Positions 35,944 to 44,338 of a stretch of DNA of 64,000 bases are shown in pieces. Origin of the DNA: Acidobacteriota bacterium (GTDB lineage: Bacteria > Acidobacteriota > Aminicenantia > UBA2199). Both the position numbers and the translations under genes were made by a program. Positions within the stretch are counted from its first letter, which is position 1. Each line of letters opens with the position of its first letter. Below the pieces are notes generated by a model. That model saw nothing but the letters and a program-made list of their open reading frames with translations. It was not told where the DNA came from and did no database searches. The stretch covers positions 7,363-71,362 of the forward strand of contig JALOLA010000002.1 of assembly GCA_025456205.1 (NCBI GenBank), read 5' to 3'.

Positions 35944-36519
35944 ATGAAGGTCATTTTGATCGGAGTACTGGCGGTCTTGTTTTGCGGGCTTTGCATCCTT
36001 GCCGTGCCGGCCGAGGGGCAGAAGAGCGTGGTGATCGTCTATGGCTCGCGCTACGGCAGCACCGCGCGCACGGCCGAGTGGATCGCCGAGGGCATGGCGG
36101 GCAAAGCGGTGCTGGTGGCGGCGAAGGAAGCGGGCGACCTCAGCGGCTATGAAAAGGTCGTCCTCGGCTCGGGGATCTACGGCGACATGCTGCACGCGGA
36201 CATGCTCTCTTTCCTGGAAAAGCGGGGAGATGAGGTGCGCGGCAAGCTGCTCGCCCTTTTCGTCGTCTGCGGCGCCCCGCCCGATTATGCCAGTGGCTAC
36301 CTGGAGAAGTTCGCCGCCCGGTGCGGGGCCAAGCCGCAATTCGCCCGCGCGTTCGGCGGCTGGATGAAGAAAGAGCTGCTTTCTCCCGAGGATTTCAAGG
36401 GCCTCGAAGGCTACTACAAGAGCGTCAATCAGCCCTACGAAAATTACGACCGCACCGACAAGGCCAAGTGCCTGGAATTCGCCAGGCTACTTCTGGGCAT
36501 GAACTGCCCGGAGAAATGA
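35944..36519 (+). CDS. Flavodoxin-like domain protein with an N-terminal signal/anchor.
   Basis: AAGGAGG SD. VVIVYGSRYGSTARTAEWIAEG flavodoxin-type phosphate loop after a hydrophobic N-terminus. Confidence 0.75.
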   Translation: MKVILIGVLAVLFCGLCILAVPAEGQKSVVIVYGSRYGSTARTAEWIAEGMAGKAVLVAAKEAGDLSGYEKVVLGSGIYGDMLHADMLSFLEKRGDEVRGKLLALFVVCGAPPDYASGYLEKFAARCGAKPQFARAFGGWMKKELLSPEDFKGLEGYYKSVNQPYENYDRTDKAKCLEFARLLLGMNCPEK

Positions 36520-36548
36520 TCCCACGGGGGGCGTGATCGCCCTGCAGA

Positions 36549-36588
36549 CCGGGGGCAAGTTGACATTTGCCCCCGGGTCATCTATACA
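36549..36588 (+). promoter_or_regulatory. A perfect 10-bp hairpin whose loop carries a consensus TTGACA -35 box, followed by a TATACA -10 box.
   Basis: ccgggggcaa gttgacat ttgcccccgg at 36549-36576. TTGACA at 36560-36565, then 17 nt, then TATACA at 36583-36588, upstream of the SPFH gene. Confidence 0.4.
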
Positions 36589-36617
36589 TTGACTGATATC
36601 CGCTGGAGGAGACAACC

Positions 36618-37490
36618 ATGCATGAATTCGAAGCGACCGGCTTGCTGGTCATCCTGCTGATTTTCATCATCATCCTGTTCTTTTCGGGAATACGCATCGT
36701 CCGCCCCACCCACCGGGGACTGGTCGAGCGCCTGGGCCGCTACAAGCGCTTCGCCCGCTCCGGCTTCAACTGGATCATCCCCGGCATCGACCGCCTGTAC
36801 CAGGTGAACACCACCGAGCAGATGGTCGACGCCCTGCCGCAGGAGATCATCACCAACGACAACCTGAACGCCCGGGTCGACGCCCAGGTCTATTTCAAGG
36901 TCAAGTCCGATGAAGAGAGCGTGAAAAGGTCGCAGTACAACGTCAACAACTACCAGTACCAGATCGTCAACCTGGCGCGCACGACGCTGCGCAACATCAT
37001 CGGCACCATGACGCTGAAGTCGGCCAATTCCGAGCGCAGCAGGATCAATTCCGAGCTGCTCAAGACGCTGCTTTCGGAAACGGCCAGCTGGGGCATCGAT
37101 GTGGTGCGCACCGAGCTGAAAGAGATCGACCCGCCCAAGGATGTCCAGGAGACGATGAACAAGGTGGTCAAGGCCGAGAACGAGAAGATCGCCGCCATCG
37201 ACTTCGCCACGGCCACGGAGACGGAAGCCGACGGCCAGAAGCGGGCGGAGATCAAGAAGGCCGAAGGCGTCCGCCAGGCGCATATCCTGGCGGCCGAGGG
37301 CGAGGCCCAGGCCATCAAGCTGGTGAACGAGGCGGCCAACCAGTACTTCGTCGGCAACGCCCAGCTGCTGAGGAAGCTGCAGACCCTCGAGGTCTCCCTG
37401 AAGGACAACGCCAAGGTCGTCATCCCGCTGGGCTCGGAGCTGGTCAATGTGATCGGCGAGCTTGCCGGCGTCGTGCCCATCAAGAAATAG
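36618..37490 (+). CDS. SPFH/band-7 (stomatin-like) membrane protein.
   Basis: N-terminal TM. IVRPTHRGLVERLGRY ... ITNDNLNARVDAQVYFKV. Ala/Glu-rich coiled-coil tail. Confidence 0.9.
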   Translation: MHEFEATGLLVILLIFIIILFFSGIRIVRPTHRGLVERLGRYKRFARSGFNWIIPGIDRLYQVNTTEQMVDALPQEIITNDNLNARVDAQVYFKVKSDEESVKRSQYNVNNYQYQIVNLARTTLRNIIGTMTLKSANSERSRINSELLKTLLSETASWGIDVVRTELKEIDPPKDVQETMNKVVKAENEKIAAIDFATATETEADGQKRAEIKKAEGVRQAHILAAEGEAQAIKLVNEAANQYFVGNAQLLRKLQTLEVSLKDNAKVVIPLGSELVNVIGELAGVVPIKK

Positions 37491-37511
37491 GGCGCCGGCG
37501 GAGGCAGCGGA

Positions 37512-37640
37512 ATGAGCAAGATCCTGAGGGCCATCGCGGCCGGCTGGGGAGCGAAGAAACTGGGCGGCGGCTGCATCTCGACCATCATCATCTTCATCAT
37601 CCTGTGGTGGCTCCTGAGCCATTTCGGCGTCTTTAAATAA
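37512..37640 (+). CDS. Small 42-aa membrane peptide, below the ORF-track cutoff.
   Basis: MSKILRAIAAGWGAKKLGGGCISTIIIFIILWWLLSHFGVFK. GGAGG lies 8 nt upstream. It starts 21 nt after the SPFH stop. Confidence 0.4.
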   Translation: MSKILRAIAAGWGAKKLGGGCISTIIIFIILWWLLSHFGVFK

Positions 37641-37692
37641 ACGGTTTGGGGAAGGTGCTCGGCATCCAGGTCGGCGCCGCGGGCAAAAAGAC

Positions 37693-37721
37693 TTGATCGT
37701 CCGGGGCTCCTGCGGTAAGAT
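37693..37721 (+). promoter_or_regulatory. Promoter TTGATC-17-TAAGAT for the GAF gene.
   Basis: Followed by a 21-nt leader containing AGGAG. Confidence 0.4.
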
Positions 37722-37742
37722 AGGGCCCAGGAGACCCGCACC

Positions 37743-38276
37743 ATGAATGACGTGAACGAACTGATCGAGGAATTGCGCACGCTGATCACCGCCTCCGAAT
37801 ATTCCGCCTCGGAGCGCTTCCCGGCGGCCATGAAGCGCGTGGCCGGATTTCTCGCCGATGTCTTCGGCGTCGAGCAGGCCGAAGTGGCGATCCTGTGGAA
37901 CCGCGGCGATTCCCTGGCCTTCGTCTGGCCGGAGTTCCTTGCCGAGGCCAGGGAGCTGCCGGTGAAGGCGAAGCTGCCCATCGCCGCCAGGATCTTCCGC
38001 AGCGGCACGCCGTTCCTCGACAATCGCTTCGTCGGGCGCGAGCACATGGTCGAGTACGAGTATGTCAAGGAAGAGGACGGCGAGTCGCGCCTGATCTGGA
38101 AACTGATGGGCGCCGCCATCGCCGTCGATGGGGAGCGCCTGGGCGTGGTGCAGATCTCGCGCAAGCGCAGCGCTTTCAGCGAGCCGGGTCCCGATTTCAC
38201 CCCGGCCGACCTCGAGGCGCTGGAGAAGCTGGCCGCGCGCCTGGGGCCCAGCCTGAAGGCGGTCGTGCCTTATTGA
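37743..38276 (+). CDS. Stand-alone GAF-domain protein.
   Basis: 177 aa with a GAF-like pattern (RFVGREH ... LGVVQISRK). Confidence 0.7.
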   Translation: MNDVNELIEELRTLITASEYSASERFPAAMKRVAGFLADVFGVEQAEVAILWNRGDSLAFVWPEFLAEARELPVKAKLPIAARIFRSGTPFLDNRFVGREHMVEYEYVKEEDGESRLIWKLMGAAIAVDGERLGVVQISRKRSAFSEPGPDFTPADLEALEKLAARLGPSLKAVVPY

Positions 38277-38281
38277 AAAAA

Positions 38282-38489
38282 AAGGTTCGATGTTCGAAGT
38301 TCGACGTTCGAGGTTGAAGAAACAAGAAAACCTCTACGAGTTCGAGTTATTGTTTTATTCAGTAATCAGCTTTACCGTTTCTCAAAAATTCTAACCAGGA
38401 GATCGTTCGGTTTTGTATTCAGAAATCTTAGAACTTCAAACCTATTCTTCATCTTTCTCGTCACTTGTCACTCGTCACTTGTCACTTAT
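38282..38489. repeat. Composite element: a TTCGA-family heptad arm at 38282-38326, a partial complementary arm at 38427-38458, and a YYGTCAC heptad array at 38457-38489.
   Basis: GTTCGAT GTTCGAA GTTCGAC GTTCGAG GTTGAAG AAACAAG ... cttagaacttcaaacctattcttc ... tcgtcac ttgtcac tcgtcac ttgtcac. Confidence 0.8.
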
Positions 38490-39413
38490 CTATTTAATGG
38501 CCAATACCCCGTGAGCGCGTGGCTTGGGGATTATGCGCTGGAAGCCGGCCGTTCGCAGGCGGTTGAGCACTCCCCTGGTGACGCGACCGCCCATGGCGCT
38601 GGCCGGGTCGCCGAGATAGTGGAACATGCGGCCGCCGTTGCCCAGTACCCGCCAGGCCTGGCGGTAGAAGGCCTCGCCATAGAGGTCCCCGGCCAGGCTC
38701 ATGCTGGGCGGGTCGTGGATGATGACGCCGAAATATCCGTCCGCGAAACTGGCGATCTCCTCGCTGCTGTCCCCTTGGACAAGGCGGATGGCGGGATGAT
38801 GGAACAGCTCCTGCGACCAGGGGTTGGCGCGGGCCATTTCCAGGGAGCCGGGGTCGATCTCGATGGTGACCACGGCCGCGGCGCTTCCGGCCGCGGCGAT
38901 GGCCGTGTAGCCGAGCCCGGTGGCGGTGTCGAGCACGCGGCCGCGCAGCGGCGCCGCCGCCCGGACCATCTCCATGGCCGCCCGCCGCGGCGAGATATCC
39001 TTGAAGCGGTGCATGGTGAAGCCCGCCAGCAGCAGGCCCGGCGCCGCCGCGGTGGGGAACAGCCGATAGGCGCGGTGGGTGGTCGCGGAAAAGCCGCGGA
39101 TCTCCTCGCTGGCGTTGTCCTGCACCTTGAAGCAGCCGTTCTCCGAAGCGGCGATCATTTGCAACTGCTGCCAATCGAGCAGGAGCCTGCCGTCGGCAAT
39201 GATACCGGCCTCTTCAAGCCGGACTTCCTGGCGGCTGAGTCCCAGGTCCAGGGATGTCTCGGCGGCTGTCCGGCCGCTCGCCCTGGCCTGCAGCAGCCCT
39301 GCCGCCTGGAAGCGGGACAGCACGGCGAACGGCAGCGGGTGATGAGTGGGCTCGGCCATGGTCCCGATTATGGCACGCAGGAACCTATCGTTCAAGAAAA
39401 AAGTGTCTGCCAT
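38490..39413 (-). CDS. Class I SAM-dependent methyltransferase with a DPPS motif.
   Basis: VLDTATGLGYTAI (motif I) and IIHDPPS (motif IV-like). The start is uncertain (ATG 39413; alternatives 39419 and 39359). Confidence 0.75.
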   Translation of the reverse strand: MADTFFLNDRFLRAIIGTMAEPTHHPLPFAVLSRFQAAGLLQARASGRTAAETSLDLGLSRQEVRLEEAGIIADGRLLLDWQQLQMIAASENGCFKVQDNASEEIRGFSATTHRAYRLFPTAAAPGLLLAGFTMHRFKDISPRRAAMEMVRAAAPLRGRVLDTATGLGYTAIAAAGSAAAVVTIEIDPGSLEMARANPWSQELFHHPAIRLVQGDSSEEIASFADGYFGVIIHDPPSMSLAGDLYGEAFYRQAWRVLGNGGRMFHYLGDPASAMGGRVTRGVLNRLRTAGFQRIIPKPRAHGVLAIK

Positions 39414-39573
39414 CACCAAAAAAATGCAATAACTTTAGCGGGAAAAACCGCTCCTCAGCGAAAAAAATTAAAGCGATTGGATTTTTCCCGCTCATTCTCA
39501 GGTTTTTCGCACCCGTTGATTTAATTTGGAACAAGCGGGCGACCGGCGCCGTTACCCGACCTGGAGGAAGAGA

Positions 39574-41379
39574 ATGAATATCAAAAAAAATGCGATTTTT
39601 ATTGCCGCGTTCCTGGCTTTGTATTGGATCGTCCCCTTAGGCATCAACGGCCAGCAAGCCGCAGCCAACGATCCGGTGCTGAATTTCGATCATGCCTGGA
39701 AAACCCTGGATCGCAATTACGGCCAGTTCCTGGTCAAGCACGTCGACTGGGACGCCCTGTACCGGCTCTATCGCCCTATGGTCTCGGCAACCACGACGGA
39801 CCCGGAATTGTGGGACATCCTGCTGAGCATGATGGGGCACCTGAATGACGCGCACTTGGCCCTTGCCGACGGCAAACGCCGCGTCGCCGGCGGCCGCAAC
39901 AACGGCTCGTTCACGAATGATGAATTTTCCCTAAACCTGGTGAAGTCGAAATATTTGCAGGGCAAATTCACTGAAGCCCTGGGCGGGAGCTTCATCAGCG
40001 GCTGGCTGGGCGCAGGGGCCGGCTACCTGTACATCGGCGACCTGAAGGACGGTCTGGAGCCGATCACCAAGACCATCGACGCCGTCATGGCCGAGTTCGC
40101 CAAGGCCAGGGTCATGATCGTCGACGTGCGCAACAACCCGGGCGGCACCGGACGGGCCGTGGAGATCGTGGCCGGCCGTTTTGCCGACCGCCGGCGCCAC
40201 TACGAAACAGACCGCACCCGCTACGGCCCGAAGCATGACGATTTCTGGCCCGAGAACTTCTGCCACATCGAGCCGGGCGGCCCGCTGCAGTACAACGGCC
40301 CCACGGTGCTGCTGACGGACCGCATCAGCGCCAGCGCCGCCGAAGGCTTCACGCTCGCCATGCGCGTGCTGCCCCACGTCACGGTGGTGGGTGAAACCAC
40401 CGAAGGCGCTCTCTCCAGCCAGTTTCCCGAAAGAATGCCCAACGGCTGGACCCTGTGGGTGGCCTTCAAGGAATGCCGGGACCATGAGGGCGTCTGCTGG
40501 GACGGCGTCGGCATCCCGCCCGACCTGCGCGTCAACAACACGGCGGCCGATATCGCCGCCGGCCGCGACCGCATGCTGGAATTCGCCAAGCTGTATCTGG
40601 AAAAGGGGGCGCCGGCGCTCCAGGATGAGGCGAAAAGCCTCGTGGATGTGAAAATATCATTGGTGAATGAATACGCACGACTGGCAAAGGACAAGGGGGT
40701 CGAAGCGGCGGTCGCCATGCTCAACGCTGAAAGAACGGCAAGAAGCGGCATGTACTTCTTCTCTCCTGAGGAAGCCATGCAGGGGGCGGTTTCGTTCCTG
40801 GCCCGCCGGCAATACGCCGAAGCCCTGGGCCTGTTGCGCGCCTGCCGCGGGGACTTCCCCACGCTCGCCCACACCTATGCCATGCTGGCGCAAGCCTATA
40901 TCGGCTTGGGAGATGTCGCAAGCGCCGAGACGAGCATGAAGGAGGGCGAAAAGGTCGAGCCGATGTTCTCCTGGGAACGGACGCAGATCGAGCAGGCCAG
41001 GCTGGCGCTGCGCAAGGCCCAGCTGGGCTCGGCCGCCAAGCTCTTCGGCGAATCACTGGCCGTGGGTGGGGTGCCGGCCGCGGAAAAGAAACTGAAGCAG
41101 CTGCTGAAGAGCCGCCTGAACGGCCCGGTGTTCGACGAGGCCGATTTCAACGCCCTCGGCTACAAGCTGCTGCAGGAAAACCGGCTCGAATTGTCTCTCT
41201 ATGTGTTCGAGAAGAGCGCCCGGCTTTATCCCGATTCATGGAACGCCTGGGACAGCCTCGGTGAAGCGGCGGCCAAGGCGAACCGCAAGGAACAGGCGAT
41301 CGCCAGTTACCGCAAGTCCCTCGAGCTCAACCCCGGCAACAAGAACGGCCTGGAGATGCTCCGGAAGCTGGAACAGTAA
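39574..41379 (+). CDS. S41-family peptidase (tail-specific-protease-like) with C-terminal TPR repeats.
   Basis: GGAGG SD. Signal peptide. VDVRNNPGGTG and SASAAE motifs. TPR-like C-terminus. Confidence 0.85.
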   Translation: MNIKKNAIFIAAFLALYWIVPLGINGQQAAANDPVLNFDHAWKTLDRNYGQFLVKHVDWDALYRLYRPMVSATTTDPELWDILLSMMGHLNDAHLALADGKRRVAGGRNNGSFTNDEFSLNLVKSKYLQGKFTEALGGSFISGWLGAGAGYLYIGDLKDGLEPITKTIDAVMAEFAKARVMIVDVRNNPGGTGRAVEIVAGRFADRRRHYETDRTRYGPKHDDFWPENFCHIEPGGPLQYNGPTVLLTDRISASAAEGFTLAMRVLPHVTVVGETTEGALSSQFPERMPNGWTLWVAFKECRDHEGVCWDGVGIPPDLRVNNTAADIAAGRDRMLEFAKLYLEKGAPALQDEAKSLVDVKISLVNEYARLAKDKGVEAAVAMLNAERTARSGMYFFSPEEAMQGAVSFLARRQYAEALGLLRACRGDFPTLAHTYAMLAQAYIGLGDVASAETSMKEGEKVEPMFSWERTQIEQARLALRKAQLGSAAKLFGESLAVGGVPAAEKKLKQLLKSRLNGPVFDEADFNALGYKLLQENRLELSLYVFEKSARLYPDSWNAWDSLGEAAAKANRKEQAIASYRKSLELNPGNKNGLEMLRKLEQ

Positions 41380-41386
41380 AAAGCCG

Positions 41387-41419
41387 GAGTGTTAGTGATA
41401 GTGATAGTGTTAGTGCAGG
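41387..41419. repeat. GTGATA/GTGTTA hexamer array.
   Basis: gagtgttagtgatagtgatagtgttagtgcagg, 8 nt after the S41 gene stop. Confidence 0.7.
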
Positions 41420-41589
41420 AGAAGAAAACGGAAAGAGCTTAAAAGGCATAAGTTGGAGAGGAGCATTGAAGTCTGAGCGCATGATGAAACAAAGGCAAAA
41501 GGGCCTGAATATTTCAGCAGCGCTGGTGACGTTTCAATGTCCCCGATGTGTTCAAAAGGCAGAGTGGATCAGCGCAGTGGAGGCGGCAA

Positions 41590-42960
41590 ATGAAAAAGAC
41601 CGGGCGAATTCTCCTTGCGGCTTCGCGGCACAGGCGTGGAGGATGGGTGGCGGTTCTGGTGGTTCTGTTCCTGGGCCTGCCGGCCGCGCTCGTTGCCGCG
41701 CGGCAGGGCGCGACGCTGCGCCTGCAGCTTCTGGACGGCAGGCAGCTTGACGGGGAACTGCTGGCGGTCAAGGGAGAGGTCCTGCTGCTGCTGGGCCGGT
41801 CCGGCGGCCTGCAGGCCGACATCCGCGATGTTGATGAATTGCGCATCGTGCGCGAAGGCAACGTGGGTAAAGGGATTTTCCGCGGCCTGCTGGCGGGGCT
41901 CCTGATCGGCGGCCTGATCGGGGTCCCGCTGGGGCTGTCAAGCGATTCCGATATTGGCGGGCCGCTTTTTCCGGTCGTGCTAATGGCGGGATTGGGTGGC
42001 GGCTGCGGCGCGATCATCGGCGGCGGCCTGGGAATCATCGCCAGCGGCGATCAAAGGCTCCGCTGCCATGAACGCGACAACGCCTGGAGGTGCGCGTTGC
42101 TGAAGCGCCTGCAGCGCCTGGCCCGTTTTCGCGACTACGACGGACCAGCGGCTGCCGGTGGCCTGTCCCTTGCCGGTGAGACCGTCGTGGCGCTCCCGGG
42201 GCCGCAGCCGCAGGAATTCAGGCGCTGGCGCCTGGAAGCCTCGATCGTGCAGTCGCCGGCGGCCTATACGCGCGCTGCCCGGAACTTTGCCGACGATCTC
42301 CGCTATGGAGAGCCGGTCGCGGCCGGCGCGGTGACTTCGACGCAGATAAGCCATGACGATGGCCAAAGGAGCTGGCTGGGGATGCGTGAGTTCTGCCTGG
42401 GGTATGCCATCGACCGGCGTTGGGCGCTGGGCATTCGCGTCAATCCGCTGTCCTCGCGCTGGTATCTATATGGCCGCAAGGATCTGGTGGTCTCCGGCCA
42501 GGTGCTTACGCCGCATTGGAATATGGACATCGAAAGCAGGTCTTACTTCCTGGCGGCATCCTACTCCGTCATTGCCGCCGACGGGTTCATGCGCGACAAG
42601 GCGCTGCGCCTCAACGCCGGCCTGGGCTGGAACCGGGCCCGCTTGAACTACGGGGAATATGGTTCCAGTAACGGTTCCGGCGCTCTCAACCATTACAGCA
42701 TCAGGCTGGATACGCGCATGCTGACGGCACTCAGTGCCATGGTCGCGGTCGAGGCCGCCCACTATCTTAACAGCCGCTGGTCGCTGGCCCTGGACGCGGG
42801 ATTCCGCTATGTACCGCTGCGCGTCCGCGGGCAGGAGCTCAGCGGTTTTATCGACAGGAAGGCCCCGTCGCCTGACCAGAGTTTCACGCTGGCCGTTCCC
42901 GGGGCCACCCTGAATCTCGGCGGTTTTTTTCTCGGTCTTAAGCTCGGCTTCGGTCTTTGA
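41590..42960 (+). CDS. Paralogue 2 of the exported glycine-zipper / beta-barrel-like family.
   Basis: GGAGG lies 7 nt before the ATG. Same block structure as 34456-35811. Confidence 0.75.
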   Translation: MKKTGRILLAASRHRRGGWVAVLVVLFLGLPAALVAARQGATLRLQLLDGRQLDGELLAVKGEVLLLLGRSGGLQADIRDVDELRIVREGNVGKGIFRGLLAGLLIGGLIGVPLGLSSDSDIGGPLFPVVLMAGLGGGCGAIIGGGLGIIASGDQRLRCHERDNAWRCALLKRLQRLARFRDYDGPAAAGGLSLAGETVVALPGPQPQEFRRWRLEASIVQSPAAYTRAARNFADDLRYGEPVAAGAVTSTQISHDDGQRSWLGMREFCLGYAIDRRWALGIRVNPLSSRWYLYGRKDLVVSGQVLTPHWNMDIESRSYFLAASYSVIAADGFMRDKALRLNAGLGWNRARLNYGEYGSSNGSGALNHYSIRLDTRMLTALSAMVAVEAAHYLNSRWSLALDAGFRYVPLRVRGQELSGFIDRKAPSPDQSFTLAVPGATLNLGGFFLGLKLGFGL

Positions 42961-43078
42961 GCGGGGGTCTCAAGGCAAAAAAAGGAACCGGGGCCATTCA
43001 CCCGTTGGCAGCGATCTGATGATCTTGTGAGATTTTCCGTCCTTTTTTATTATTATTGTATTGGCAGGGGAGGGGATC

Positions 43079-44149
43079 ATGAAAAAAAAGACAATTTTAG
43101 GTTTCTTGTCCTTGTGCATCCTTTTTTCCATTATTTTCGCCATTGACCCAATGCCGCCGCTGCGCGTGATCATTGTCACCAGCCCGGCGGCCAACGCCGT
43201 TTACAGTGCCGGCCAGGCCATCGCCATTCACTGGACCTGCAAGGGCGCTGTCGGCAGCACCGTCAAGATCAAGGTGGTGCCCGAGATCGAGCCGCAGGCG
43301 GCTCAGGTCATCATCGCTTCCACGGCCAATGACGGCGCTCATACCTGGGTGAACGCTGCGGCCTTCCCGGGCAAGGTGTGGATCGAAGTGCAGACCCCCG
43401 ACGGCCAGGTCAAAGGCAAGTCGGGCCTGTTCACCATTTCGCCGCCGGTTCCGCAATGGGCCGTTTACGTCAACCGGCCCCTGGCCAATTCCGCCTATTC
43501 GCTCGGCCAGAGCGTCCCCATCGCCTGGAACTGCACGGGCACGCCGCCGGCGAGCGTCAGGATCCGCGTGGTGCCGGATGCCGCCCCGCAGAATGCCCAG
43601 GTCGTCAGCGCCTCGACGGCCAACGACGGGAGCTTCAGCTGGACGCCGGAGGCAAGCTTCCAGGGCAGCGTGCGCATCGAAGTGGGGTCGCTCAACGGCA
43701 GCGTCACCGGCAAGTCGGGGCCCTTTACCATCTCGGCGGCCGGCACCCAGACCTACACCTTCCCGGTCAACCGCGTCTTTCATGGCGGCGCCTGGGGTGA
43801 GTTCTGCGATCCCCTGCAGTACCTGGGCAACGGCTTTCATGTCCATGCCGGTTCGCGGCTGACGATCCGCAGGAACCTGGCCATCACCCCGGCGGGGTTC
43901 CAGTTCTGTACCTGGGTGATCTTCCCCAATAACGGCTGCCCGAACCCGGAGACCGAGGGCAAGGCAAATGGTACCTGTTGGCCCCTTACGTGCGGTTCCC
44001 AGGCCGCGACCTGGGAACACGTGTACACCGCCCAGGAGATCGCCGAGAGCGGCAGTCTGATCAAGCTGAAGCTGCACCTCTATGGGACGTCGCGCACCGT
44101 GGCCGATTACCAGATCAGTGGCAATGTCCAGGTGACGATCAGCCAGTAA
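43079..44149 (+). CDS. Secreted protein with two tandem Ig-like (Kre9/KNH-type) repeats and a Cys-rich C-terminal domain.
   Basis: Internal repeat of about 95 aa (VIIVTSP...GLFTIS / VYVNRPL...GPFTIS). Signal peptide. GGAGGGG SD. Confidence 0.75.
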   Translation: MKKKTILGFLSLCILFSIIFAIDPMPPLRVIIVTSPAANAVYSAGQAIAIHWTCKGAVGSTVKIKVVPEIEPQAAQVIIASTANDGAHTWVNAAAFPGKVWIEVQTPDGQVKGKSGLFTISPPVPQWAVYVNRPLANSAYSLGQSVPIAWNCTGTPPASVRIRVVPDAAPQNAQVVSASTANDGSFSWTPEASFQGSVRIEVGSLNGSVTGKSGPFTISAAGTQTYTFPVNRVFHGGAWGEFCDPLQYLGNGFHVHAGSRLTIRRNLAITPAGFQFCTWVIFPNNGCPNPETEGKANGTCWPLTCGSQAATWEHVYTAQEIAESGSLIKLKLHLYGTSRTVADYQISGNVQVTISQ

Positions 44150-44151
44150 AA

Positions 44152-44302
44152 AGAGAAGAAGGTGCCAGTGATAGTGATAGTCTTAGGGTAAGAGAAGATA
44201 AAAAATGGCACTTTTTGCTCTTCTCGCTGACACTGACACTGACACTGTCACTGGCATTCGATCGAGTCTCCTGCAACCACTACCACTATCACAACCACTT
44301 GC
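44152..44302. repeat. Hexamer-array hairpin (GTGATA arm at 44164-44197, CACTGA arm at 44217-44255) plus a CCACTA array at 44271-44302.
   Basis: gccagtgatagtgatagtcttagggtaagagaag / loop / ctcttctcgctgacactgacactgacactgtcactggc. The outer 8 bp are perfect. Confidence 0.85.
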
Positions 44303-44338
44303 AAATCGATATGGCTTTATGCCCTCACTGATTGTAAA

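Noticed and set aside
36582-38200. Minus-strand ORFs of 487 aa and 416 aa across the SPFH and GAF genes.
   Set aside because: They run antisense through two independent, well-supported plus-strand genes and an intergenic promoter. Their composition is low-complexity.
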